NCBI RefSeq assembly: GCF_018350175.1 | Contig: NC_058368.1 | Location: 235,354,001 to 235,418,000 of the forward strand | Origin: Felis catus | Taxonomy: Eukaryota | Length of the DNA: 64,000 nucleotides | Direction: 5' to 3' | Shown here: one piece after another, positions 25,101 through 37,748 of the stretch | How positions within the stretch are numbered: position 1 is the first letter of the stretch | Layout: each line of letters opens with the position of its first letter | The notes under the pieces: model-generated | Seen by the model: the letters and a program-made list of their open reading frames with translations, nothing else | What the model was told of the DNA's origin: nothing | Databases searched by the model: none | Position numbers and translations under genes: made by a program

Positions 25101-25459
25101 GGCCGGGGCGATCCTATGCCCTGTGCACCGTCCCCCACGTCTCACGCCAGCCTCCAGGAACGCCTGGCCCAGCCCCGTGGTCGTCGTAGCTGTCTCTGGA
25201 CTTGCCCCACCACCCGGGGCGGAGGGGAGAAGCTCCTTGGTGGGGAACTGCCACTCTACATCTAAGCAGTGGCTTTTGAGATGTTCTCAGTGGCTGGAAG
25301 AGGGCCATTGGAGTCAAGAGAAAGGCTTTTTTTTTTTTTTTTCTGGAGAAGGAGTGAAGAAGCAGTCATTCACCAAAGAGTTGTCGAAAGGATCAATGAG
25401 CACATGAATATGTGGATATTCATCTGAATAAAAGTATAACCTCGTGAGATTAAACACCG

Positions 25460-26380
25460 GGAGCTCCGGCAGTCACACTCCTTGGTATTTAAACAAATGA
25501 CTTGAAGACGTGTCTCCATGAGAAAGCCTGCACACATGTTTACAGCAACTTTATTACAAATTGTCAAGACTTGGAGGTAACCAAGATGTCCCTCAGTAGG
25601 CGAGTGGATAAACCGGGGTCCATCCAGACAGTGGAATATTATTCGGCACTAAAAAGAACTGAGCTGTTGAGCCGTGAAAAGACAGAGAGAGGAATCTTAA
25701 ATGCATATTTTTAATTTTTTTTTTAAGCTTATTTATTTATTTTGAGAGAGAGAGGACATGATCGGGGAGGGGGCAGAGAGAGACGGAGACAGAGAATCCC
25801 AAGCGGGCTCCGTGCTGTCAGCACAGAGCCTGACGTGGGGCTCGAACTTACGAATTGTGAGATTGTAATCAACAACAGGACACTTAACCAGCTGAGCCGC
25901 CCGGGCACCCCAAATGCGTATTTTTCAATGACGGAAGCCAATCTGAAAAGGCTACATGTTGCAGGACTCCCAACTCTGTGACCTTCTGGACAAGGCAAGA
26001 CCGCGAAGACAGTAAAGGGGTCAGTGGCTGTCACAGGTTGGGGGACGGGGGGCTGCATAGATAGAGCACAGAGGATCTTGAGGGCAGTGAGACTACTCTG
26101 TGTGGTGCTGTAATGACACATACACGTCATCCGTACGTGCATGAAAATCCATACAGTGTGCAACACCAGGAGTGGACCCTAACGCTCCCCATGGACGGGG
26201 TGTGAGGGTGTGTCCGTGCGGGCTCATCAGCTGTAACAGACTTAGCACCCGGATGCTGACGATGTCGGAGGCTAAGCACAGTGCGGGGGGCAGGGGCACG
26301 CGGGAACCCTGTACCTTCCGCTCTATTTTCCTGTGAACCTAAAGATGCTCTAAAGAGTAAAGTGTATTAAAAAAAAAAAA
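25460..26380 (+). mobile_element. L1MC-like 3' end with internal SINE insertion
   Basis: caagatgtccctcagtagg...gaagccaatctgaaaaggctaca...ctgtgaacctaaagatgctctaaa followed by poly-A. Confidence 0.82.
25713..25911 (-). mobile_element. Felid Can-SINE
   Basis: Reverse-strand SINE with TSD AAATGC(A/G)TATTTT. Confidence 0.9.
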
Positions 26381-28092
26381 GTTGCAGGCGCTGGAGGTGA
26401 CAATAGAGAGTCTCCAAGTCAGAAGTGAATTTTGCATGTCAAAGCATCAGAAACCAGCTCAGAGTCTGGAGTGTAGAGAGTGGGAAGCCACTTACCTGGT
26501 GTCGATTGCTTGGGGGGCAGGGTAGCACCTGCCGATGCCACCAGAGTCTTGGAAACCAGGGTAGACACGTTTTACGCTCTAGGCGCAAGGAGCCGCCGTA
26601 AAGAGTTTTCAGACACGGGGGTGGCATTCTCAGATTTGCATGAAAACCTTTGGTTCCGGCTGCCTTCTGGAAATAGACTTGGGAGCCTGGGTGTCGTCTC
26701 CCCAGTTGGGAAGGAAGAGTTGGTTCTGGGTAGGTGGGAAGTCAAGGATGTGTTGATTCAATGACGTATGCAGCCTAAAAGAGGTTTACTTTTTTTCGGG
26801 GAAAAAAGCACACAACACAAAACTCTCTGGACCCCAGGGTGACAAAGAGCTTTTTTGAAAAGCAGTGTTTTGAGTTTCTAAGTGGTCTTGAGAAGCCACG
26901 GGTCTCAAAACTACCTTATTTCTGAAACCGATGATTCAGATTGTGAGTTGGAATGGTGTTATTCTAAGATCGTGAGAATATAGTACATTCTGTAAATTAT
27001 CCAGGCAGAAAGTTATTGCCAAGAAGGGGGTGGTGGCGAAAGTGTCTTTCATTTAGAATAAGTGTGTAGCAATTGTTTGAATTTTAGATAAAATGATACC
27101 AAACATTTTCGGCCAGAAATTTTCCTTTGGGCTCATCTTCAAACCCTGCCGTGAAGAAAAATGGTGCTGACTTGAACAGTGCATTCCAGATGTGTAGCGA
27201 GTGCTCCAAGAGTTGGAGACCATATACCAGAATAAAAAAAAAAAAATCGCTTAATGTTCTTTATCGAAAGAAAGATAGGGAAGTATGACCCCCAAATATC
27301 TCTTGGATGCATCCCGTTGAACTTGTGGTTATATCCTGCATTTCTATTTAAGAAGAGATTTTGGATCCAGTAAGGCATTTTATGGTTGATGAGGGGAAAA
27401 CTTAAATCTCTGCTTGAACACCACTCTCTTTCTTCCCTTCTGCAGAGAAGATGGAATTACTTCTCACTTGCATGAAGAATAAACAAATCCGTCACGTTGG
27501 GCGGGAGCATCGGGAGTCCTCACGGCGGTGCGGAATCTTCGGTGCGTGATGGTGTGTAGACCCTGAGTGGGCAAAGGGGTTCCTAGGGCACATTTGGCAC
27601 GTGGGCACTCCAAGTCCATTGGACACTCTCGCAAATGTGACTTCCCAGAGGTCCAAGGTTGAGGCGGTGTTTCTGTCATTTTATTCCAACTGCGTCACGC
27701 GGAAGTTAACTTCCAGGAAGCAGCCACCCACACCGGAGGCTGTCGCCCTGGCCCGTGGAGCCAGCAGGCAGGACAGAGATGCTGGGTTTCTGCGGCTGCA
27801 GCCTGCTCTCTGGGCCCTCACTGCCTGCACCCAGAGGTGGCTTTCTAGTGCCCAGGATGCAGCTAAGGGTGCATGTTCCCGGGGACGTGGCTAAGGCTGC
27901 GCGTTCCTAAAGCAGGCTTCCCGCAGCGGCCTCCCCAGGCCTCACCTTCCTGCCCCGGGTAGGGGACGTAGCTCTACAGAAGGCCTTCCAGACTCATTCT
28001 TGGAGCCTGGGGCACGGACCACTCCTCCCTTGGACACTGATGGCAGCACACAATTCTTTGCAGAAGATCTCTTTCTGCTTAAAATAGCTAGT

Positions 28093-28571
28093 GGGGCGCC
28101 TGGGTGGCTCAGTCGGTTGAGCGCCGGACTTCGGCTCAGGTCGTGATCTCATGGTTGGTGAGTTCGAGCCCTACGTTAAGCTCTGTGCTGACTGCTCAGC
28201 TCCTGGAGCCTGCCTCGATTCTCTCTCTCTCTCTCTCCCTCTCTCTCGGCCTGTCCCTGCTTACTCTCTGTCTCTTAAAAAGAAACATTAAAGGAGCGCC
28301 TGGATGGCTCGGTCGGTTGGGCGTCCGACTTCGGCTCAGGTCACGATCTCACGGTCTGTGAGTTCAAGCCCCACGTCAGGTTCTGTGCTGACAGCTGGAG
28401 CCTGCTTCGGATTCTGTATCTTCCTGTCTCTCTCTCTCTCTCTTTCTCTCTCTGCCCCTCCCCTGCTCTCACTCTGTCTCTCTCTTAAAAATAAATAAAC
28501 GTTAAAAAAATTATAAATAAATAAATAAAATAAAATAAGACAAAATAAAATAAAATAAATTAAATTAAATT
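28093..28571 (+). mobile_element. Head-to-tail Can-SINE pair (28093-28292 and 28293-28571) with AT-rich tail
   Basis: Two SINE heads. Outer TSD AAATAGC(T/C)AGT. Confidence 0.92.
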
Positions 28572-30659
28572 AAATAGCCAGTGATTCCTGCTGCTTGCGT
28601 GTTGACGTGGCGTGGCTTTGGAGGCAGGAGCACACGCTACTCCCGAACCCGGTCCCCAAGCTGGTTCCCTGCTCACCCACCTGACTTCTGCCAACGACAG
28701 CGCATTCTCCCCACCAGCCCACGCTTCCCCTGCTCCCTTCCTCCTGCCTCTGCTTCCCTTCCTTGCACCCCATCACAGCAAGGGTGCACCCCTGCGTCGG
28801 CTGACTTACAGAGCCCCACACTCCACCTGTTCCACATCCCTCACTGCTCTACACGCTAGTGCTCTTAAAGAGCTGCTTCTTTTTTTTTTTTTTAAGCAAG
28901 TCACTGTCTTGGCCTAAATACTGTCACTACAGTAACCTACAAGACAAAGCCCCGCTACCATAGAAGGAGACTCACAGCCTCCTCTCCACCCCTCGTGCAG
29001 CCTTCTGGAAGCCCTTTGGAAGCTTAATATCAATTAGAACATTAAGTCAGCCCTCAAACTCCCAATCATGCCTTGGATGATGTCACCTTTCATTCGAGAC
29101 GTTTCCTTCCTGCCCATAACTTCGTCCAAATGCTGCTGCCTTTGACTCCATGCCCCAGTCCCCCACCCCGCCGGAGAGGAGAGGGCTGTACCTGGCCCAG
29201 AACAGCGCCCTGCCCCATACCTCCGAGCCCTGCGCTACATGCTTCGTCTCGAGCCACCCCACACTCTTCAACAGGTAGGGCGCGGCCCCTCAGAACCACA
29301 CAGCAGCACTGTCTTCCCCAGTGCACATCGCAAAGTGACTCCCAAGGCTTTAATCTCCGATGGCGCGAGGGGAGCAAGCACTTGGGGATGATGGATGGAA
29401 CTATAGCTCCGGCCATCAGACCTGGAAGATGGTGGCAAATACCTTATGTCTAGTACCCAGCTGGTCGTGCCTTTCCTGTGTGCTTAAAAATATTTTCTTC
29501 GCCCGTGTTTCAGATTTTCCGCCCAAGAAGCGGGCGTACGTATATTGTCTCACCGAAAAGGAATCCCGTGAAGTGCGGTGTTATTCATAAAGCACTCTGT
29601 TTCTCATTGATAAATAGCAACATGGAGAGGACAGGGTAATCTTCTTTATGAAGTATGTTTAAGTCACAGATCTAAAATTTGGGAAAGGCGAAAGGAGTTT
29701 GATAAATTTCAAACTTGACAAACATGATCTATCGTCTTTGAACCCAAGTGGTACTAATTTAGCAAAGAAGACCAAAAAAGAAAGAAATCTTTGTTCCTGC
29801 CAGAGTTTATGTTTTTAATTCACTTATCTAAGAGTCTTTCCTATTCGTTTGGAAGGGAAATTCCTGTTTTGCACCAGGTTTGATGATGCATCTGTATGTT
29901 CTAGGAGGAGAATGCACGATTTCCTCACACCAGCGTCTCCCCAGCACTAAGGGCTCACATCAGGGCCTCGTCTTGCCCCCACTTCGGCTCGCTGAACCAT
30001 GCAGGCTGAGCGTGCGTTCAGGCGGGGCACTGCTCTGGGATGTGGACGTGCTGGGGCTGCTCTCCTGGCCTGGCACACACCTCCCAAGCCGGGACACTCT
30101 GCACTGTGCGTGACACTCGGGGAACAGAGGGACACCGCAGGGTCAGAGGCAGGAATCCCACCGGGTGTCCGGGGACAATTCACAAGAGCGAGGAGGAGGA
30201 AATTTCGAGGTGGCCACTTAAAAAGGATTTTTCCAAGAACAGGGCCATTCGGTCTAGGGCGCTCCCGGGGGAGGGGTGGCTTTGGCAGACGTACTGGCTT
30301 CAGGAGGGGAGCTGGAGGGTAGCACGGAGCTAGAAAGAAAGGCGTACTGGGCAGTGAGGATGGGCTCATAAACGTGGGCTGAGGGGCCCCTGGAGTTCCA
30401 GAAATACAGTTTGGCCACCAAGGACACCGTATTCTGTGGGAGGTGGGGGAGGAGAGGGGTTTTGTATGACAGTCTGGGCTTCTAAGGAAGGGAGCCTCCT
30501 TGGGATTGACGTCTTCTCTCTTCAGCGGGACAGAAATAAAAACACACATGGAGTACAAAGCGTGATTTATGGCAACACACGTATTTATAGGTACGTAGTG
30601 TGCAATTGCTGCAGAGCGTTAAGAGCAGACCTAACAGTGACTTTCCGGAAAGGCCAGGG

Positions 30660-30860
30660 GGCAGTATGGCATTGTGCAGAGGCTAAGAGTTTAGGGTTTA
30701 GCCACTCGCTGTGTGGCCTTGGCGGGATACTCAGCCTCCGGGAGGGTTTTTTTTTTTTCCTACATCTGTAAGGTGCGGCTACGAGACCTTTGTCTGCGCT
30801 GAGTTGGTTGCATATGCGATGTACCTGAGCAGCAGGTAGGTGCTCAGCGAGCGGGAGATG
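30660..30860 (+). mobile_element. MIR remnant
   Basis: gccactcgctgtgtggccttggc...cctacatctgtaagg...gtaggtgctcag. Confidence 0.6.
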
Positions 30861-31648
30861 TTGAGCTCTGAAGAGACACTATGTTCGTAAATTCGATACT
30901 TGTGAATTTCTACTCCTTCGCCACAGGCTGTGCTCTCTCACTGGAAGCAGAAGGAGCTACCAGAACACTCCCCTGGTTCTGGATAATAAGGCGAAGGGCT
31001 CACGCCCCAGCGTGCGGCCCCTGGCATGCGCACGCCTGGGTGCAGGCCCTCCGTGGTCAGGTGGCAGGCGGCACGGGTCTGTGGTGGGGCTGCCGCACTT
31101 GCCCTTGTCACTTACGGAATGCTCCCCCCTTCTGTCTCCAGTTCCACACTTTCTGTCATTTGAACACACCCTTGGAAGTCATTCGGGGTGTGGGTTTGGG
31201 AAGCCATGTGGAGAAAATGTTCCGCTCGGACAGCTGCCTTCCTTGCAAACTACGCAGGTGACCCCCTCCTGTCCTCACATGCGTCGGACTCTCTCACTTT
31301 GTACTTCTGGGTTTCCTACCAAGGACGGACCTCCCAGAGGCATGCCCCGCTCTAATGCGATTCAGGAATTCAGGGTGGGCTGGTTCTCAGTAAGATCCGA
31401 CACATCTATACCCATAACGGACTGTCACCGTTAACCTCTGCTTGCTTTTCCTCTGTCCTAAGCAGTCTGGCTTCACCGCTCTAGGTAAGTCTAGCCCAGA
31501 AAGATAAAATGTGCAAATAACTTCATTGCTAATATCAGGAACTTCCCCGGTATTAATTTAAATGGATATCAGGCCACTGAATGTACAATGAACAGCGATG
31601 CCCGACGGTGTGCTTCCAGGGCTTGTGGCGTCCGCTTCTGCTAAACTA

Positions 31649-32025
31649 CAGGTGACCCTCCAACAACACAGAGGTCGGGGACGCCGACCCTCTCTCTGCA
31701 CGGGCAGAAATCCACGTAGAACCTTGACGCTTCAAAACCTCACCACCAACAGCCTACTGTTGACCACAAGCCTTACCGCTAAGGTAAGCACATTGGCACA
31801 CGTGAATTGGCACGTATATTGGCACACATTTTGAATGTGACCCATGTTATCTGCCGTGTTCTTACCATAAACGAAGCTAGAGAAAAGAACACGTTGAGAA
31901 ACTCATAAGGAAGAGAAAATACGTTTACGGTGTTTATTAAAAAATGCATTTACCGTATTTATTAAAAATTCCACGCGTTAAGTGAACCTACATGGTTCCG
32001 ACCCGTGTTGTCCAAAGGTCAACTG
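31649..32025 (+). mobile_element. Tigger2-derived non-autonomous DNA transposon (Tigger2a-like)
   Basis: Terminal inverted repeats CAGGTGACCCTCCAACAACAC / GTGTTGTCCAAAGGTCAACTG, with TA on the 5' flank. Confidence 0.85.
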
Positions 32026-32377
32026 GATTATACCATGGATCATGACCGGTAACGCAGCTCCAGTTCCACTTGAAAGACCGGCCTTGGACCAGAAAGCAGA
32101 AACCTCACAACTATGTCGCCTTTGTCCAAGTCCCTCCCAGACACATCCGAGACCGTCAGGGCAATGCCTGCCTGCGCCAGGGTGAGCGAGCAGCCCCCTC
32201 AGCCCTGCTTGTCCCCAGACAGCACTGGTAGGATTTTTGGGGAGCCAGCCTTCAGCAGCATGACGCGCACGCACAGGCACTTTTGGTCACCTCCCTGGGG
32301 GCTCTGCCCTCTGTGCTGAGCACGTGGATCTCTGAGGACTGGCCACAGCCATGTGCAGGGCCAAGCGTCAGCAGCAG

Positions 32378-32604
32378 GGGGCGTCTAGGTGGCTCAGTCG
32401 GTGAAGCATCCCACTCTTCTGTTTCCGCTCAGGTCAAGATCTCACGGTTCGTGGGTTTGAGCTCCCACTCAGAGCTCAGACTCTGCGCTGACGATGAGGA
32501 GCCTGCGTGGGATTCTCTCTCTCCCTCGCTCTCTGCCCCTCCCTTGCTTTCTCTCTCTCTCTCTCTTTCTCTTTCTCTCTCTGTCAAATATAAATAAATA
32601 AACA
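32378..32604 (+). mobile_element. Can-SINE
   Basis: SINE head, CT tract, aataaataaa tail. Confidence 0.88.
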
Positions 32605-32669
32605 TTTTTTGTTTTAAAGCATCGGCTGTGGGTCCAGACTCCCCCCTTACCAACACCTGCTCTCCTGGT

Positions 32670-33099
32670 GAGCTGAGAAGTCACAACTTCCCCTCCCCGT
32701 CAGCTGGTGTGTGGAAGGGACTTTGCAGATGTGATAGGAGGGTCTTGAGATGAGAGGGGTTTCCCTTGATTCCCCGGAGGGGACCCTAAATGTAAACACA
32801 GGTATCCTTTTAACAGGGATGCGGAGGGAGGCTTGGGAAAGAGGAGAAGGCCACGTGAAGGAAGAGAGGCACTGGGAAGTCAGTGGAAGGAGCCACAAGC
32901 CCTTCAGGTGGCCGATGAAATCTGGGGAGGTCTAGGCCACAAAATCTCTGGTGCCTCCCGAAGGAACCCATCCTGCCCACGCCTCGATTTAGCCTGCTTG
33001 TGCGCTTGTGCCCTCCAGGCTGCAAGAGAGTAAATGCGTGTGGTTTCAAGCCACCAAGTCTGTGGTGATATGTCACAGCGGCAACAGGACACAAATGCA
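32670..33099 (+). mobile_element. MLT1C/D-like MaLR LTR
   Basis: gggactttgcagatgtgat...ttcaagccaccaagtctgtggtgatatgtcacagcggcaacagga. Confidence 0.78.
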
Positions 33100-33258
33100 G
33101 TTTTCTCGTGTTTGGAGTGCACGGTGCAGAAATAGGAGCCAGGGGCGTTTGCAAGGGTTTGGTGAGGCGACTCACATAAAGCACTGAGGGCAGAGTCAGA
33201 CAGTAAACACTCAGCGTCATTACTATAACTAGTATGTCTCTGTTTAAAACCAAGTTTC

Positions 33259-33381
33259 GGGGCACCTGGGTGGCTCAGGCAATGGAGTGTCCGGCTCTCG
33301 ATTTCGGCTCGGGTCATGATCTCACAGTCGTGAGTTGGAACCCCATGTCGAGTTCTTTGCTGAGCGAGGAGCCTGCTTAAG

Positions 33382-33431
<50 letters not shown>

Positions 33432-33515
33432 TCTGCCCCTCTCCCCTGCTCACGCGCTCTCTCTCTCAAATAAAAAATAAAATAAAAATAAATATAAAAA
33501 AATAAAAATAAAAAT
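33259..33515 (+). mobile_element. Can-SINE with long (CT)n
   Basis: TSD AAACCAAGTTTC (33247-33258, 33516-33527). Confidence 0.92.
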
Positions 33516-33768
33516 AAACCAAGTTTCGTATCAGATCCGCAAAGCTGCGTGTGGGCAGACGATCTGTAGGTTCCAACTCCAAGATGCTCCAGGCTGGCAG
33601 AGTGCCAAGTACACGGAAGAGCCTCTGTAATTACTTGTTGACCATCAGGTCCTGATGATATACAGCTTTCTCCACCATACAAGGTGTTCACCCCTTAAAG
33701 TGTTTTGTTAGTGAAAGAAGGCAATCACACAGATGCTTCCAAAGAGTGCGATCATGAAACCGTGTGAC

Positions 33769-33982
33769 GGGGCACCTGGGCGGCTCAGTGGGTTAAGCTT
33801 CCGACTTCGGCTCAGGGCATGATCTCACGGTTCATGAGATCAGGCCCCTGCATCGGGCTCTGTGCCGACAGCTCAGAGCCTGGAGCTGCTTCGGATTCTG
33901 TGTCTCCCTCTCTCTCTGTCCTTCCCCCACTCATGCTCTGTCTCTCTGTCTCTCTCAAAAATAAATACACATTAAAGAAAAG
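33769..33982 (+). mobile_element. Felid Can-SINE
   Basis: Typical head, body and tail. Confidence 0.92.
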
Positions 33983-34032
33983 AAACTCTGTATGATAGAG
34001 GGTCCTCCAGGAAAACAGGACCAAGAGGAGAT

Positions 34033-34061
34033 TAGATAGATAGATAGATAGATAGTAGATA

Positions 34062-34099
<38 letters not shown>

Positions 34100-34170
34100 A
34101 TAGATAGATGGATAGGTAGATGAGATGGATAGATACATAGATGGATACATAGATAATAGACAAATACATA
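34033..34170. repeat. (GATA)n compound tetranucleotide microsatellite inside an MLT2-like LTR fragment (~33990-34285)
   Basis: GATA/GATG runs. Flanks gggtcctccaggaaaacaggacca and gagagattttgaggagttggctcacatgatt resemble MLT2. Confidence 0.85.
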
Positions 34171-34721
34171 GATGGATGATATGTATGTACCTACATACAC
34201 TGATACATACGTACTCTCCGGAGGGAGGGCAGGAGGAGAGAGATTTTGAGGAGTTGGCTCACATGATTCCAGGACTGGATGTCATAATAACTCTCAACCA
34301 GAAGGTGAAAAGAGCAAAGTGAGGCTAATGCTGTCTGTTAAAAAGCAGCAGTCACCCACATGAGCCAGAGGAGACGGATGTTCAGTCACGTTTGTGGTTT
34401 TCATGAGGCACTTGTCTTTGTGTGCGGGATGATTTGGGAGGGGTCTTCATTCTGCCCGGCTCCACCATGTCCCCAGAGTGGCCTTCTGTAGCGCTGGTGC
34501 TCTGCGACACCGTTTAACCCCCACAGGGGCAGGAGCATGGCCAAGGGTGCCGGGGTCTGTCAGCACCTGGAGGCTGCTTTCCTCTTCTGAAAGATTCATA
34601 GGTTCTGATCCATCAGTTCTTGGGTAATTAAGGGCTCACTAGTCCCTCAATATAGACACAGCCGCAATACTTACAGAAGTTATTTGGCTCATGTGTTCTC
34701 AAAGGACAGAGAAGCCTCCCA

Positions 34722-35272
34722 CATGTTTTATCTGTTGATTCGTCATAAATCGCCACAAATTTAGTGACTTAAAACAACACGCATTAATTATCTCACACTC
34801 TATGCAGGTCAGACATCCTGGCACAGCCCAGCTGGGTCCTCCGCTTTGGGTCTCACCACACTATAGTCAAGCATCAGGTGAGGTCGTGGTCTCATCAGAG
34901 ACCCAAGTGGGGAAAGATCACCTTTCAAGCCTTCTCATTTTGTTTGGCCGGGCTTACAGGACGGAAGTCCCCACCTTGCTGCTGTTTGTCACCTGGGACC
35001 ACTCTCAGCTCCTAGAGGCTGCACAGTTCCCTGTCACATGGCCTTTCTGCAGGCGGTCCCACAAAATGGCAGCTCACTTCTTCAAAGGCAGCAAGGGAGA
35101 GTCTCTTCCTCAAACTCTTACATCACCTGTAACCTTGGATATGACAGCCCATCACCTCTGCCATATTCTGTCATCCAAAAGTAAGTCACAAACCCCACTC
35201 ACATTCAAAAGGTGGAGATTATATAGGACATCAATCATTGGACAGGGGGTCACCCTATGGTATGTCTGCTAC
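34722..35272 (-). mobile_element. MLT1E/F-like MaLR LTR
   Basis: cacaaatttagtgacttaaaacaacac...catcacctctgccatattctg...aagtcaca. Confidence 0.78.
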
Positions 35273-35609
35273 ATTATCTAAGACTATATTAAACGTGTAT
35301 GAATCCTTCCATTTCTTAAGCATTTAGAAATTGCAAAAGGAATAAACATAGAAAATGCAGATGACGTGAATAAATCCAAAGAAGAAAATAAAATCATTCC
35401 TGGCTATTACTATTTCTACCATGAAGAGATGACCACTTACGACACTTGAATGTCGCAGACTGAGGACTCGTCAGAAACAGTCTGGGACCAAACAGGTTCT
35501 TGTAGGGCACAGAGAGGAGGCTCCATCTTGACTGGTGAGAGAGAAGCTTCTGGAACTCCTTCTTCCCCTGCTAGTGGAGGCCATTGGTCAACTGGGCCAG
35601 TAGAGCCCC

Positions 35610-35770
35610 CGGTGCTGTGACATTTTTGAATTTTTGGTTATTACACCGTTCGGGGTGGAGAAAGTGCTACTGGAATTTAGTAGGTGGAGCCTAGGGACAC
35701 CGAGAAAAATCCCACGACACGCAGAATCGTCCCGGCTCACACATCCATGGTGCCGAGGCTGAGAGCCTGG
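35610..35770 (+). mobile_element. MER20 remnant
   Basis: tttttggttattaca...gtgctactggaatttagtaggtggagcctaggga...gtgccgaggctgaga. Confidence 0.7.
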
Positions 35771-36399
35771 TCTCAATCCTCACGCGAGAATGTGAAGCTG
35801 AAGAGGCTGTGGGGTGGAGGACAGTATTCACAAAGGTGTTCCTTCCTCTCTCGGTCATACCTCATGGCTCCGCCCAATGGAAGTGAAGAGTAAAAGTGAC
35901 CTAGTCGCAAAGCACCTACTGAACTCAGCACCTTTAAAATCCCATAGCAACCTTGGGGAGACATTCACATGCATTAACAGATGAGGCAACATTGTAAGTG
36001 CGGCAGAGCGGGAGAAGATTTATTGGGCTTCAAGGAATTAAAGGAAAATCATGTTATCAAGTGACAGATCAGGACCCACCAAAGACTAGAGACAGAGCCA
36101 GCCTCCTCCGCCGCCTTCATGCCCACAGGAGCAGCGGGGCTGGCCAACCTGGATTTCTACGGCCACACTCTAGAATGTCTTGTAGGGAGACATTTCTTTG
36201 GGATGCTTGGGGCCTAGCACTTGGAGAGAAGTTTACCTCAGTTCTCCTCCCTGGAGTCTGCGATTGAAAGTAACAGGAGAAAGTGGTCAGGCCAAGGGAA
36301 TGATCTCAACGGGGCCGTCAACGGTAAGGATGCTAACCGTTCATTCATTGTGAAATCGCAGGGACGGCTACATGATGAAGACCTCAGAGGATCTGGGCA

Positions 36400-36530
36400 C
36401 TGAAAATACCTGGCCTCTGCCCCCCAGATGCCCACCAGCAGCCCTTTCCAGTGGTGACGACCCACGTTGTCTCCAGATGGGGCCAACTGTCCACCAGGGG
36501 CAGGCTCAGCCAAAGTTGAGAACCATGGAT
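36400..36530 (-). mobile_element. MER20 remnant
   Basis: cctggcctctgcccccagatgcc...tgtctccaga...gttgagaaccatgg. Confidence 0.65.
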
Positions 36531-37564
36531 TTAAGTGGTTTTATTTTGTAGGTGTGTTCGCTTACTTGCTTTGCTGATCATTAAACAAAGCTGCCTGAAC
36601 CTCCCCACAGCCTGCTTTCTGCCTCCATCCAAGTACACCCAGAAGGTACATTCCCAGCTGCTAAATTACCATTGCAGAGAAGCAGCATCCATTGAGAACT
36701 CTGATATATTTTTGCCAAATTTCTATCCAAGTATCATTTTTAGAAAGTTAAAAGCACAGCTCTGACACAAACATATAGGGAGCCTGTGTCCAAGATTTCT
36801 TTGTCTCATTTAGAGAGACAGCTGGCAGGCTGGGAGGCTGGTTCAGGAGGAAGAGGGGACACAGTGCCCAAAAGGGGGTTCCGCGATCACACTCACAAGG
36901 AAGCTCTGACTGTGCACAGCATCCTCCGCGAGGCTCCACAGCATTGGTCACTTGCGTTGCGGTCAGTTCTCTGTGTGTCAGTGTGGACTCGTACAGGGTT
37001 TTGAGATACGCTAGTCAGTGGAAACTAGTAAGTCATGAATGAGAGAGGTCTTAGGTGGTCCTTGCGTTCACCCCCGCGTATCCTTGAAAAGACACAGTCA
37101 TCCTCTTGCCTGTTCCTGAGTTTCGATGTTTTCTCTCAACGTCGCCGTCCTGACATTGCGCACAGAGTTGTCTCCTTCAGTTGCCCCGGCTCCCATAACC
37201 ACCATCCACGTGGGATGAACATTCCTTTCTCTTCCCGCCCACCAGACAGGTATCTCGTGTTTCACTTCCCTTTCTGTCACTGCTGGGACGGCCAGTATGT
37301 TTCCACACATTTATTGGCCATTTCAGCTCAAATTTATTTTGCCTTCCTGTCCTTTGTCGATTTTCCTTTTAGAGAGTTCTGCGTTTCCTCATTCATTTGC
37401 AACCCATCTATGTGTCATTTGTCTCTTACAAATGTCTTTCTAAATTTCCCTTTGCCTTTTCATTTAGTTTTTCTCTAATAGAGAAATCGATACAGAATCC
37501 AGTTCACCAGTATCTGTCTTCATGGGCTCACATCTGAGATTTTATGTTGAAAAGTCCTTTCTCA

Positions 37565-37748
37565 GGGCACCTGAGTGGCTCATTCTGTTAAGCATCCAAC
37601 TCCTGGTTTCGGCTCAGATCATGATCTCACGGTTCGTGGGATCAATCCCCACGTTGGGCTCTGCGCTGACAACAGGGAGCCTCCTTGGGATTCTCTGTCT
37701 CTCACCTCCTCTCTCTCAAAATAAGTAAATGAACAACAACAAAAAATA
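37565..37748 (+). mobile_element. Can-SINE
   Basis: TSD AAAGTCCTTTCTCA on both sides. Confidence 0.92.
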
